Below the pieces are notes generated by a model. It searched no databases. It was given only the letters and a program-made list of their open reading frames with translations, and had not been told where the DNA came from. The translations under genes and the position numbers were made by a program. Of a stretch of 64,000 nucleotides of DNA, positions 19,615 to 28,917 are shown piece by piece (position 1 is the stretch's first letter; each line of letters begins with the position of its first letter). Source of the stretch: Candidatus Scatosoma sp. (GTDB lineage Bacteria; Bacillota; Clostridia; Christensenellales; Borkfalkiaceae); NCBI GenBank assembly GCA_045576335.1, contig JAZNGH010000008.1, positions 26,142 through 90,141 on the forward strand, in the 5' to 3' direction.

Positions 19615-20622
19615 TTATAATAAAACAATACCGTTTTCTTTACAGATTTTCCGTGTTTTTTCGTCCCAAAGCGATACCTGCACTTCGCCGATATGCGCCT
19701 TGCCAAGCAGCAGCATAGAAAGCCGCGACTGACCGATACCGCCGCCCATAGTAAGGGGCAATTCACCCGCAAGCAACGCCTTGTGGAAGGGCAGAACGCG
19801 TCTGTCGCCTGCATTTGCTTTCGTGAGCTGTTCGTCCAAGGAGCGTTCGTCTACACGAATACCCATAGAAGAAATTTCCACGGCGCAGCCGAGCACGTCG
19901 TTCCAGAAGAAAATATCGCCGTTGAGCGACCAATCGTCGTAATCGGGCGCGCGGTTATCGTGCGGCTTTCCCGAGCGGAGCTTGTCGCCGATTTGCATAA
20001 TAAACGCGGTTTTGTGTGCCTTTACGAACGCGTTTTCCCTTTCCTTGGCGGAAAGGTTGGGGTACAAATCTTCCAGCTCCTGTGCGGTGATAAAGCTTAC
20101 CGTGCGCGTCAGCTCCACGTTGAGCTGCGGATAACGGCATTTCAAATAATCGAGCGTATCGCAAATCGCGCCGACGATACCCTGTACGACCTTTTTGAGA
20201 TAATCGAGCGTCCGCGTTTCGCGGGTGATAATCTTTTCCCAGTCCCATTGATCGGTGTAGACGGAATGTAAATTGTCCATTTCCTCGTCGCGGCGAATGG
20301 CGTTCATATCCGTATACAAGCCCTCGCCCGCGGAAAAGCCGTATACGGCGAGAGCCATACGCTTCCATTTTGCAAGGGAATGTACGACCACGGCGTCCGT
20401 GCCCGTTTCCTTCAAATCGAAGCGCACGGGGCGTTCTACGCCGCTCAAATCGTCGTTAAGACCCGTGTTGGGGTCGACGAATAAGGGTGCGGAAACACGT
20501 TTTAAGTTGAGTGCCAAACAAAGCCGTTCTTCAAAGGTGCGTTTTAACAGTCCTATTGCCGTTTGGGTATCGTATAAGCCGAGAGCCGATTGATAGCCCG
20601 CGGGCAGAGTTATTTTACTCAT
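19615..20622 (-). CDS. asnA: Aspartate-ammonia ligase (asparagine synthetase A)
   Basis: MSKITLPAGYQSALGLYDTQTAIGLLK..., a class-II aaRS-like AsnA pattern. ATG at 20622 follows GGAGG. A TTGACA-17-TAAACT promoter lies at 20645-20673 on the minus strand. Confidence 0.85.
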   Translation of the reverse strand: MSKITLPAGYQSALGLYDTQTAIGLLKRTFEERLCLALNLKRVSAPLFVDPNTGLNDDLSGVERPVRFDLKETGTDAVVVHSLAKWKRMALAVYGFSAGEGLYTDMNAIRRDEEMDNLHSVYTDQWDWEKIITRETRTLDYLKKVVQGIVGAICDTLDYLKCRYPQLNVELTRTVSFITAQELEDLYPNLSAKERENAFVKAHKTAFIMQIGDKLRSGKPHDNRAPDYDDWSLNGDIFFWNDVLGCAVEISSMGIRVDERSLDEQLTKANAGDRRVLPFHKALLAGELPLTMGGGIGQSRLSMLLLGKAHIGEVQVSLWDEKTRKICKENGIVLL

Positions 20623-20923
20623 AGCTGCACCTCCTTTACAGTACAGTTTAGCACATAAATCCGCACTTGTCAAGAAAAACGAATAAAAAAGGCGGTTATT
20701 ATCGAAAAAATAAATGGTATTTTTTGTTGTAAAGCCTGCAAAAACGGGTATAAAAAAGAAAGGATTTTGCAATTTCGACAAAAGCAAAGCTTTTTGCGGG
20801 ATTTTTTCTTGGAAAGGGGGCGAAAACGCTTTGCATTTTAGCCGAAATATTGTAAAATAGAATGGACGGCAAACGCCGTAAAACGAAAATGGGAAAATAA
20901 ACTTAAAATCGGAGATTTTTTCA

Positions 20924-23848
20924 ATGGGATTGTTTAAGTATTTGATGGGCGGCGACGCTCGTAGAAGCTTGAAAAAGCTCAACAAAATGGCGGATCAGGT
21001 AGAAGCGTTAGAGCCGAAATATCAAGCTATGGACGACGAGACCCTCAAAGGTCAGACGGAGCTTTTGAAAGGGCGTTTGGCGGCAGGCGAAACGCTGGAC
21101 GATATTCTTTTCGACGCGTTCGCGGCTTTGCGTGAGGCGGCGAGGCGCGTTTTGGGTATGCGGCATTTCCGTGTACAAATTATCGGCGGTATTTGCTTGC
21201 ACCAAGGCAGAATAGCCGAAATGCGTACGGGCGAAGGTAAAACGCTCGTATCTACTTTGCCCGCTTATCTCAACGCACTCACAGGAAAAAGCGTGCATAT
21301 CGTCACCGTCAACGATTACCTTGCAAAGCGTGACGCCGAGTGGATGGGTAAGGTGCATAAATTTATGGGGCTTACCGTCGGCGTAGTCGTGCCGGGTATG
21401 GAGGACGACGAAAAGCGCGAAGCCTATAAATGCGATATCGTATACGGCACGAACAACGAGTTCGGCTTCGACTATTTGCGTGACAACCTGAAAACCGACC
21501 TTTCGAGAATGGTACAGCGCGATTTGACCTTTGCCATCGTCGACGAGGTGGACTCCATTTTAATCGACGAGGCGAGAACGCCGCTTATCATTTCGGGCAA
21601 GGGCGAAAAATCCTCCGATTTATACGTGCAGGTGGATAAGCTCGTCCGCACCCTTTCGGGCGGCTTTGACGACGAGTTAAAAGAAGCGGAGGACGCGGCA
21701 ATGGCGGCGCTTCGCAATGAAAAGAAAAAGAAAAAGAAAAAGGTCGTGGACGACGAGGAGGACGAGGATTTCGTCGATTATACCAAGATGACCTTGGAGG
21801 AGCAGGCTAACTACGAGGCGGAGCAGGAAGAAAAACGCGCCGCCGCGCTTGCGAGCGCGCCCGAGGGTAAGAAATCGCTTGCCGCGCAAAAGGACTGGGA
21901 TTATATCATCAACCGCAAGGAAAAGACGGTGGAGCTTACCGACAGCGGCGCGAGAAAGGCGGAGCGGTTTTTCCGTATCGACAACATAGCGGAAATCGAG
22001 CACGCCGATTTGAACCATCATATCCAACAGGCTCTCAAAGCGCATAAGCTGTTTAAGCTGGACGAGGATTATATCGTAAACGAAGGCGAGGTCGTTATCG
22101 TTGACGAGTTCACGGGCAGACTTATGATCGGCAGAAGATACTCCGACGGATTGCACCAAGCAATCGAAGCCAAGGAAGGCGTAGAGGTGCGTAGCGAAAA
22201 TAAGACGTACGCCACCATCACTTTCCAAAACTATTTCCGTCTGTATTCCAAGCTTTCGGGTATGACGGGTACGGCAAAGACGGAGGAAGCGGAATTTAGA
22301 ACGATTTATTCCTTGGACGTCGTGGAAATTCCCACCAACCGCCCCGTAAAACGCGTGGACTTGCCTGATATGGTATATTCCACGGTAGACGGCAAAAAGC
22401 GTGCGATCGTCAACGAGATTATGCAACGCCACGAAAGCGGTCAGCCCATTCTCGTAGGTACGTCGTCGGTGGATAAATCGGAGGAAATCTCCCGTTTGTT
22501 AAAGAAAAACGGCGTAAAGCATAACATCTTGAACGCGAAAAACCACGAGCGCGAAGCGGAAATCGTCGCACAGGCAGGACGGCTTGGCGCGGTCACCATT
22601 TCTACGAATATGGCGGGGCGCGGTACGGATATTCTGCTTGGCGGTAACCCCGAATACCTCGCTAAAAAACGCTTGCGCGAAGAGGGCGCGGCGAAAGAGG
22701 ATATCGAGCTTGCCATCAGCACTTATATCACGGACGTAAGCGAAGATATTATGAAGCTTCGCGAGAGATATAAAAAGGTTTACGAGTATTACAAGGCGCA
22801 AACGGACGAAGAGAAAGAAAAGGTCATTGCGGCGGGCGGTCTTTGCATTATCGGTACGGAACGCCACGAATCCCGCCGTATCGACAACCAGCTCCGCGGC
22901 CGTTCGGGCCGTCAGGGCGATATCGGTATGTCGGTGTTCTTCCTTTCCTTGGAGGACGATCTTGTTTTGCGCTTTGGCGGCGAGCGTATGAAAGCCTTGT
23001 ACGCGGCGTTTAAGATCGACGAGGACACCTGCTTGCAATCGCGTATGCTTTCGAGCGGTATCGAAAACGCGCAAAGAACGATCGAGGGCAGAAACTTCGG
23101 TATCCGTAAAAACGTCTTGCAGTACGACGACGTTATGAACAAACAGCGTATGGTCATGTACGAAGAGCGTATGAACGTGCTTCGCGGCGGCAACGTCCAC
23201 GAGCAGGTTTTGAAATATATCCCCGATTACGTAGCCGAAACGCTTTCGGCGGCGGTGAACGTCGAGGATATGCCCGAGCTTTGGAACGAAGCGGAGCTTA
23301 ACGCCGCGATAGAAGCAAAGCTTTTGCCCGAGGGCACGAACTATATCACGCGCGAGCGTTTGATGAAGTGGGATTATGATTTGGCGTTCAAGAAGATTTG
23401 TAAGAAGGTCGAAAAGGAATACGAAAAGAAGATTGAAGAGCTCAAAGAAGCGGGCGTAGATTTCTACGCGGTGGAAAGACGCGTCTTGCTTATGAACGTA
23501 GACCGTAACTGGATTGACCATATCGACGCTATGGACCAGCTCCGTAAGGGTATTTCCCTTCGTGCGTACGGTCAGGTAGACCCTATCATTTCCTACAAGA
23601 AAGAGGGTTTTGACATGTTCGACGAAATGATTGCGCGTATTCAGCGTACGACGATCAGCGTGCTGTTGAAGGTCAAGGTAGAGGTACGCCCCGCGCCTGT
23701 GCAAAACGCGCGTCCCGCGCCCGCGGCGACCCCCGCAAGACCTTTCCGCCGTCAGATGCCCACGCCCATTACCCAGATGACCTCTTTCAAGGAAGCGGCG
23801 AAAAAGGCACAGCAGGCAACGCAACAAGACGAAAAGGATAATAAGTGA
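20924..23848 (+). CDS. secA: Preprotein translocase ATPase SecA (974 aa; charged insertion, no C-terminal zinc finger)
   Basis: MRTGEGKT, DEVDSILIDEARTPLIIS, TNMAGRGTDI, GRSGRQGD. Confidence 0.95.
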   Translation: MGLFKYLMGGDARRSLKKLNKMADQVEALEPKYQAMDDETLKGQTELLKGRLAAGETLDDILFDAFAALREAARRVLGMRHFRVQIIGGICLHQGRIAEMRTGEGKTLVSTLPAYLNALTGKSVHIVTVNDYLAKRDAEWMGKVHKFMGLTVGVVVPGMEDDEKREAYKCDIVYGTNNEFGFDYLRDNLKTDLSRMVQRDLTFAIVDEVDSILIDEARTPLIISGKGEKSSDLYVQVDKLVRTLSGGFDDELKEAEDAAMAALRNEKKKKKKKVVDDEEDEDFVDYTKMTLEEQANYEAEQEEKRAAALASAPEGKKSLAAQKDWDYIINRKEKTVELTDSGARKAERFFRIDNIAEIEHADLNHHIQQALKAHKLFKLDEDYIVNEGEVVIVDEFTGRLMIGRRYSDGLHQAIEAKEGVEVRSENKTYATITFQNYFRLYSKLSGMTGTAKTEEAEFRTIYSLDVVEIPTNRPVKRVDLPDMVYSTVDGKKRAIVNEIMQRHESGQPILVGTSSVDKSEEISRLLKKNGVKHNILNAKNHEREAEIVAQAGRLGAVTISTNMAGRGTDILLGGNPEYLAKKRLREEGAAKEDIELAISTYITDVSEDIMKLRERYKKVYEYYKAQTDEEKEKVIAAGGLCIIGTERHESRRIDNQLRGRSGRQGDIGMSVFFLSLEDDLVLRFGGERMKALYAAFKIDEDTCLQSRMLSSGIENAQRTIEGRNFGIRKNVLQYDDVMNKQRMVMYEERMNVLRGGNVHEQVLKYIPDYVAETLSAAVNVEDMPELWNEAELNAAIEAKLLPEGTNYITRERLMKWDYDLAFKKICKKVEKEYEKKIEELKEAGVDFYAVERRVLLMNVDRNWIDHIDAMDQLRKGISLRAYGQVDPIISYKKEGFDMFDEMIARIQRTTISVLLKVKVEVRPAPVQNARPAPAATPARPFRRQMPTPITQMTSFKEAAKKAQQATQQDEKDNK

Positions 23849-23851
23849 TAT

Positions 23852-24949
23852 ATGTTCAAAGCAGACGATTACAGATTAAAAATACAGGCTATGCGCGAGG
23901 TACTCAAAGAGGCGAAATATGCCTTGGATATCGTGCATTTACGCCCCCGTCTTGCAGAGCTTGAAAAGGAGCAGGAAAATCCCGAGGTTTGGCAAGACCT
24001 TGAAAAATCCACAAAAATCGGGCGCGAGGTTGCGGGTATCCGCAACAAAATCACCGCTTACGAAAAGGGCGCGACCGCGCTTTCGGACGCGGAGGACGTA
24101 ATCGACCTTATCGAGGAAACGGAGGACGAAAGCCTGATTTCCGAGCTGGACGAAATGCTCAAAACGGCGGAAAAGGATATCGAGGATATGCGTATTCGCG
24201 CCATTTTGAAAGGTCCGTACGACAATCACAACGCCATGCTTACGCTCCACGCGGGCGCGGGCGGCACGGAGGCTTGCGACTGGTGTCAAATGCTGTACCG
24301 TATGTATTGCCGCTATTGCGAAAAAATGGGCTTTAAGGTATACGAGCTTGACCGTGAAGCAGGCGACGGCGCGGGCTTTAAGAGCGTGGATTTCCGCGTA
24401 GAAGGTGAAAACGCGTACGGGTATTTGAAAGCGGAAATGGGCGTTCACCGCCTCGTCCGTATTTCCCCGTTCGACGCAAACAAACGCCGTCAAACCTCCT
24501 TTTGCTCTTTGGAGGTAATGCCCGAGGTCGAGGACGACAACGAGGTGGAAATCAACGACGACGATATCCGTATCGATATCTATCATTCGGGCGGCGCGGG
24601 CGGTCAAAACGTCAATAAGGTCGCTTCTGCCGTTCGTATCACGCACTTCCCGACGGGAATCGTGGTGCAATGCCAAAACGAGCGTTCACAGCTCCAAAAT
24701 AAGGCAATGTGCTTTAATATGCTCCGCTCCAAGCTCTTGGAAAAGAAGATTGAGCAGCGGCAAGCGGAAGCGGCGGCAATGAAAGGCGACGTGAAGAAAA
24801 TCGAGTGGGGCGCGCAAATCCGTTCCTACGTATTCTGTCCGTACACCATGGCAAAGGACCACCGTACGGGCTACGAAAAAGGGGATATCCAAGCGGTTAT
24901 GGACGGGGATATCCACGGCTTTATAATTGACTATTTGAAGAAAGCGTAA
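23852..24949 (+). CDS. prfB: Peptide chain release factor 2 (uninterrupted frame)
   Basis: SPF motif (RISPFD) and GGQ motif (GGAGGQNVNK). The typical secA-prfB gene order. Confidence 0.92.
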   Translation: MFKADDYRLKIQAMREVLKEAKYALDIVHLRPRLAELEKEQENPEVWQDLEKSTKIGREVAGIRNKITAYEKGATALSDAEDVIDLIEETEDESLISELDEMLKTAEKDIEDMRIRAILKGPYDNHNAMLTLHAGAGGTEACDWCQMLYRMYCRYCEKMGFKVYELDREAGDGAGFKSVDFRVEGENAYGYLKAEMGVHRLVRISPFDANKRRQTSFCSLEVMPEVEDDNEVEINDDDIRIDIYHSGGAGGQNVNKVASAVRITHFPTGIVVQCQNERSQLQNKAMCFNMLRSKLLEKKIEQRQAEAAAMKGDVKKIEWGAQIRSYVFCPYTMAKDHRTGYEKGDIQAVMDGDIHGFIIDYLKKA

Positions 24950-24956
24950 AAACGAA

Positions 24957-24982
24957 AAAGGGCGGCGATTGCCGCTTTTTTC
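24957..24982 (+). terminator. Weak intrinsic terminator after prfB
   Basis: GCGGC-GATT-GCCGC stem followed by TTTTTT. Confidence 0.45.
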
Positions 24983-24998
24983 GCTCAAAAGGTGTGAG

Positions 24999-26045
24999 AT
25001 GTATAATCCCGTAATTGATTTAACAAAACCCAATCTCGTCATTTTGGGCATAGAAAGCTCTTGCGACGAAACGGCGGCGGCGGTGATTCGCGGCAGAACG
25101 ATTTTGTCCAACGAAATCGCGTCCTCTGCCGATATCCAAGCCCTTTACGGCGGAGTAGTCCCCGAAATCGCTTCGCGCGCGCATACGGACGCGATCGCAC
25201 GGGTCGTAGACAAGGCGATTAAAAACGCGGGCGTGTCGTATCAGGAAATCGACGCGGTGGCAGTCACCTACGGCGCGGGGCTTTTGGGTGCGCTGCTTGT
25301 GGGCGTATCCTTTGCCAAGGCTTTTGCTTACGCCTTGAATAAGCCGCTCATTGCAGTCAATCATATTCGCGGTCATCTGGCCGCGGCATATTTGCAGGAC
25401 GAGGCGTTAAAGCCGCCCTTCGTCACCCTACTTGCAAGCGGCGGACATACCGCTATTTTGCATACCAAATCGGAAGCGGAGTTTGAAATTCTCGGCGCGA
25501 CGTTGGACGACGCGGTGGGCGAAGCGTTTGATAAGGTTGCGCGCGTTTTGGGCTTGAAATATCCTGGTGGGCCGAATATCGAGCGTTGCGCGAGCACGGG
25601 CGAGAAAAACGTGCCTATGCCTAAAATGCTCAAAGGCGGCGGAGGCTATAATTTCTCGTATAGCGGCTTAAAAACGGCGGTTATCAATTACTGTCACACA
25701 AAAGAACAAAGACAAGAAGCCTTTGAAAAGGCAGACGTTGCCGCTTCCTTCCAAAGCGCGGCTTTGGACGTTTTGGTGGAAAAAACGGTGGCGGCGGCTT
25801 TGGAAAAAGGGGTCGATACGGTGACGGCGGGCGGCGGCGTGGTCGCAAACGGGTATCTCCGCGACGCGCTGGCAAGGGCTTGCAAGAAAAACGGCTTGCG
25901 GCTGGTGCTGCCTGAAAAACGGTATTGCACGGATAACGCGGCAATGATAGCGGCGGAGGGGCTGGTGCAGTATCGGCTTGGCAACGTCGCGCCCATCTCG
26001 CTCAACGCCAAGGCGTCTATACCGCTCGCGGTGACCTTGAAATAA
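24999..26045 (+). CDS. tsaD: tRNA N6-adenosine threonylcarbamoyltransferase TsaD
   Basis: GIESSCDETAAAV, HIRGHL, SGGHT. Confidence 0.92.
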   Translation: MYNPVIDLTKPNLVILGIESSCDETAAAVIRGRTILSNEIASSADIQALYGGVVPEIASRAHTDAIARVVDKAIKNAGVSYQEIDAVAVTYGAGLLGALLVGVSFAKAFAYALNKPLIAVNHIRGHLAAAYLQDEALKPPFVTLLASGGHTAILHTKSEAEFEILGATLDDAVGEAFDKVARVLGLKYPGGPNIERCASTGEKNVPMPKMLKGGGGYNFSYSGLKTAVINYCHTKEQRQEAFEKADVAASFQSAALDVLVEKTVAAALEKGVDTVTAGGGVVANGYLRDALARACKKNGLRLVLPEKRYCTDNAAMIAAEGLVQYRLGNVAPISLNAKASIPLAVTLK

Positions 26046-26056
26046 AGGATTGATTT

Positions 26057-26989
26057 ATGGAACATTTCGTTGAAATTTTATTGCACGCGTTAGAGGACAC
26101 CGCGCCGCTTTTGCCGTGGATTTTGGTGATGTATATCATTATCCAGCTTTTGGAGAATAAAACCACGCTGAAAAATGCGGGACGGCTCAACGGTCGGTTG
26201 GGACCCGTGGTGGGCGCGGCGACGGGCTTGATACCGCAATGCGGCTTTTCCGTGATGGCGGCAAAGTTTTACGAGCGGAAATATATCACGCTGGGAACGC
26301 TGTTGGCTATCTTTTTATCCACGAGCGACGAGGCGTTTATCCTGCTCGTTTCCTCGGGCGAGGGCGCGGTGTGGGTATTGCCGACAATCGTTGTGAAAAT
26401 GGTGGTCGGGATTGCCGTGGGCTACGCCGCTGACCTGCTTTTGAAAGGTCTTGGACGGGAGCAGGTATGCGTTGAAATGGTGGAAACGACCGCCGAAGCC
26501 CCAAAAACCACGCGGGATATTTTTATGCAGAGGTATTTGGAGGAAAAGGAGGTCGAGGTCGTTTGCTCGTGCGGGAAAAACCACGGCGGCAATTCGGCGT
26601 TTGGGAAATATTTTCTTTCGCCCCTGTTGCATACCTTACAGGTCGCGCTGTTTATTTTTCTCGTCAACTTCGTTTTGACGGCGATTATCCATTCGGTTGG
26701 CGAGGAAGCGTTTTCACTCTTTATGCAGAGCAGTCGCTTTTTACAGCCCTTTTTGACTTGTGCAATCGGCTTGATACCCAACTGTGCGTCCTCCGTCGTG
26801 ATTACGGAAACCTTTTTAAGCGGTGGGATTACGTTTGGCTCGTTCGTGGCGGGGCTTTGCGCCAACGCGGGCATGGGTTTCGTCGTGCTTTTGAAAAACA
26901 CGCGCAAATGGAAACGCAATCTTTTGCTGATAGCCGTTTGCTATGCGGTTGCCGTGCTTGTCGGCTTGATTTGTAATTTAATGGTTTAG
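26057..26989 (+). CDS. ArsP_2 (PF11449-like) putative 10-TM metal exporter
   Basis: LIPQCGFSVMAAKFY...ITLGTLLAIFLSTSDEAF matches my recollection of the family signature. Confidence 0.7.
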   Translation: MEHFVEILLHALEDTAPLLPWILVMYIIIQLLENKTTLKNAGRLNGRLGPVVGAATGLIPQCGFSVMAAKFYERKYITLGTLLAIFLSTSDEAFILLVSSGEGAVWVLPTIVVKMVVGIAVGYAADLLLKGLGREQVCVEMVETTAEAPKTTRDIFMQRYLEEKEVEVVCSCGKNHGGNSAFGKYFLSPLLHTLQVALFIFLVNFVLTAIIHSVGEEAFSLFMQSSRFLQPFLTCAIGLIPNCASSVVITETFLSGGITFGSFVAGLCANAGMGFVVLLKNTRKWKRNLLLIAVCYAVAVLVGLICNLMV

Positions 26990-27035
26990 AAAGTAAAAAA
27001 ATCGGTTTATATATAAATATACAGGAGTAACGATT

Positions 27036-27344
27036 ATGGAAGAGGTAAAAATTTCGGGGATTTCCGACGGTAAATTGCAGTTTGCGCTTTCGGGCGATAT
27101 CGACCTTGGCAACGCGGAGGAATTTTACGAGGCGGTCGTGCAAGCATACGATAAGCAGCCTTGCGATTTGCTCTTTGATTGCGCCGCGCTCAATTTTATC
27201 GACAGCACCACGCTGGGTACTTTCGTCAAAATCCTCAAAAAGGTGAAAACGGACGGGTTTACTATGCGGCTCGTCGGCTTGCAACCCAAAATCAAGAAGC
27301 TGTTTTTGATTTGTTCGTTGGACAGCATTATGCAGATTGCGTAA
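27036..27344 (+). CDS. STAS-domain anti-sigma-factor antagonist (SpoIIAA/RsbV-like)
   Basis: 102 aa. The FIDSTTLG segment carries a candidate phospho-serine. Confidence 0.8.
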   Translation: MEEVKISGISDGKLQFALSGDIDLGNAEEFYEAVVQAYDKQPCDLLFDCAALNFIDSTTLGTFVKILKKVKTDGFTMRLVGLQPKIKKLFLICSLDSIMQIA

Positions 27345-27356
27345 CGGAGCTTTGGT

Positions 27357-27713
27357 ATGGAAAAATTTTCGGTAAATTTACCCTTAACGGGGGAATATCT
27401 TACGACGGTGCGTTTGACGACGGGCGGGCTTTGCTCCCTCGTCGGGTTTGACGTGGACGCGGCGGAGGATTATAAGGTTTGCGTGACGGAAAGCTTGCTC
27501 ATCTTAAAACGGAACGGCTTTACGCGCGCTACGATTGATTTTACGGTATCCGAAGCCCTCGCTTGCGTCATTAACGGCGTGGAAAAGGGCGGAGAAAAAG
27601 AGGACTCGTTCGAGGACGAGATTTCGCGCGCGTTGCTTTCCGCGTTGCTTGGAAAGGTGGAGTTCGCGCTTGGCGAAACGGGTGAAGTGAAAACGATTGC
27701 ATTTGAAGGCTAA
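27357..27713 (+). CDS. Degenerate SpoIIAB/RsbW-like protein (HATPase N-terminal fold; N-box and G-boxes lost)
   Basis: EYLTTVRLTTGGLCSLVGFDVDAAEDYKVCVTESLLIL aligns by eye with SpoIIAB ESFARVTVASFIAQL...IKTVVSEAVTNAIIH. It lacks the Asn/His and the GxG motifs. Confidence 0.5.
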   Translation: MEKFSVNLPLTGEYLTTVRLTTGGLCSLVGFDVDAAEDYKVCVTESLLILKRNGFTRATIDFTVSEALACVINGVEKGGEKEDSFEDEISRALLSALLGKVEFALGETGEVKTIAFEG

Positions 27714-27719
27714 ACGGGC

Positions 27720-28457
27720 ATGGAGCAAGAAATCAACGAGCTGTTTCAGCGGTACAAGGAGACGGGCGATATTGCAATTCGTAATCAAATCGCCGAGAAA
27801 TATCTCTACATAGCCGACATACTCGCCAAAAAATTCGTGGGGCGGGGCGTGGAGTACGACGATTTGAAGCAAGTGGCGTCGTACGCGCTTTTGCGTGGAA
27901 TTGACCGTTTCGACCCCGCACTTGGTATGCAGTTCACGACCTTCATTACGCCCACGATTACGGGCGAGATTAAAAACTATTTCCGTGACAAAGCGCGCGT
28001 GATCAAGCTGCCGAGAAGGCTGGGCGAGATTAGCGCGGCGGTCAAGAAATTTACGGCGGAATATGAGGCGAAAAACGGCGGAAAGCCCACGGTGCAAACG
28101 ATTGCAGGCGCGCTTGCGTATTCCGAGGAAGAGGTCGTAAAAGCCCTTGAAATCGGCGGTACGGTGTCGCTGGACGGCATGGCAAGCGGCGAGGACGGAG
28201 AAACGGAAGGCTCGCTGTATTCCCTTCTTTCCGACGGCGAGGACAAATACGAAAACTTTGAAATCAAAGAAACTTTGCGCGCGGAAATGCGGGATTTTTC
28301 CGAGCAGGAAAAGGCACTCGTTAAGTACCGCTATATGGACGAGCTTTCGCAAAGCGAAACGGCAAAGCGTTTGGGCGTGTCACAGATGTTCGTTTCCCGT
28401 ATGGAACGGAGGCTTTTGTTAAAGCTCAAAGAACGCTTGCAAAATCTGGGGGTATAG
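27720..28457 (+). CDS. Group-3 sigma-70 factor (SigB/SigF/SigG subfamily)
   Basis: Region 2 (YDDLKQVASYALLRGIDRFDP, ITGEIKNYFRD), then region 3, then the region 4 HTH (SQSETAKRLGVSQMFVSRMERR). Confidence 0.85.
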   Translation: MEQEINELFQRYKETGDIAIRNQIAEKYLYIADILAKKFVGRGVEYDDLKQVASYALLRGIDRFDPALGMQFTTFITPTITGEIKNYFRDKARVIKLPRRLGEISAAVKKFTAEYEAKNGGKPTVQTIAGALAYSEEEVVKALEIGGTVSLDGMASGEDGETEGSLYSLLSDGEDKYENFEIKETLRAEMRDFSEQEKALVKYRYMDELSQSETAKRLGVSQMFVSRMERRLLLKLKERLQNLGV

Positions 28458-28460
28458 CGT

Positions 28461-28820
28461 ATGGAATTTGAAATCAAAGACTATCCTACTATGAAACGCG
28501 CGATTACCGATTTCTGTCGTTTTCTTGACGAGCAGGGCGTTTCCAAAGACCGTGTGTTCGATAGCCGCCTTGCCTTGAACGAGCTGGTGGGGAACGTGTT
28601 GAGGCACACCGACGGTGCGGCGCGTTTGCGCGGGGAGGTAAAGCAGGAGCATATCGAGATGGTGGTGCTTTCCAAGACGGCGTTTATACCGCCCGAAAGA
28701 AGTCAATGCTCGGAGGTATACGCCGAACACGGCAGAGGGCTGTTTTTGGTGGACAGCGTTTGCTTTGAGCGAAGCGTATCTGCCGACGGCGGTATCTGTA
28801 TTAAAATTAAAATAATTTAA
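28461..28820 (+). CDS. Short HATPase_c_2-type anti-sigma factor / serine kinase-like protein
   Basis: N-box LALNELVGNVLRH and G1-like EHGRGLFLVDS. 119 aa. Confidence 0.7.
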   Translation: MEFEIKDYPTMKRAITDFCRFLDEQGVSKDRVFDSRLALNELVGNVLRHTDGAARLRGEVKQEHIEMVVLSKTAFIPPERSQCSEVYAEHGRGLFLVDSVCFERSVSADGGICIKIKII

Positions 28821-28852
28821 CGACGAAGCAAGCTTGCTTCGTCGTTGTTCTT
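28819..28852 (+). terminator. Intrinsic terminator of the sigma operon
   Basis: 14-bp perfect palindrome AACGACGAAGCAAG/CTTGCTTCGTCGTT followed by a T-rich tail. Confidence 0.75.
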
Positions 28853-28862
28853 ATATTGCGTG

Positions 28863-28897
28863 AAAAAAAGAGCCGATAGAAATCGGCTCTTTTCGTT
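28863..28897 (-). terminator. Intrinsic terminator of the 28918-30345 gene
   Basis: AGAGCCGAT-AGAA-ATCGGCTCT stem with a T-run on the minus strand. Confidence 0.75.
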
Positions 28898-28917
28898 TCA
28901 AGAGAGTTTTAATCAGA

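Noticed and set aside
23852-24949. Looked for the programmed +1 frameshift site (CUU UGA C) expected near codon 25 of prfB.
   Set aside because: The gene is one uninterrupted 365-aa frame; the corresponding position reads GCC TTG GAT. RF2 genes without the frameshift are known, so this is a normal variant rather than an anomaly.
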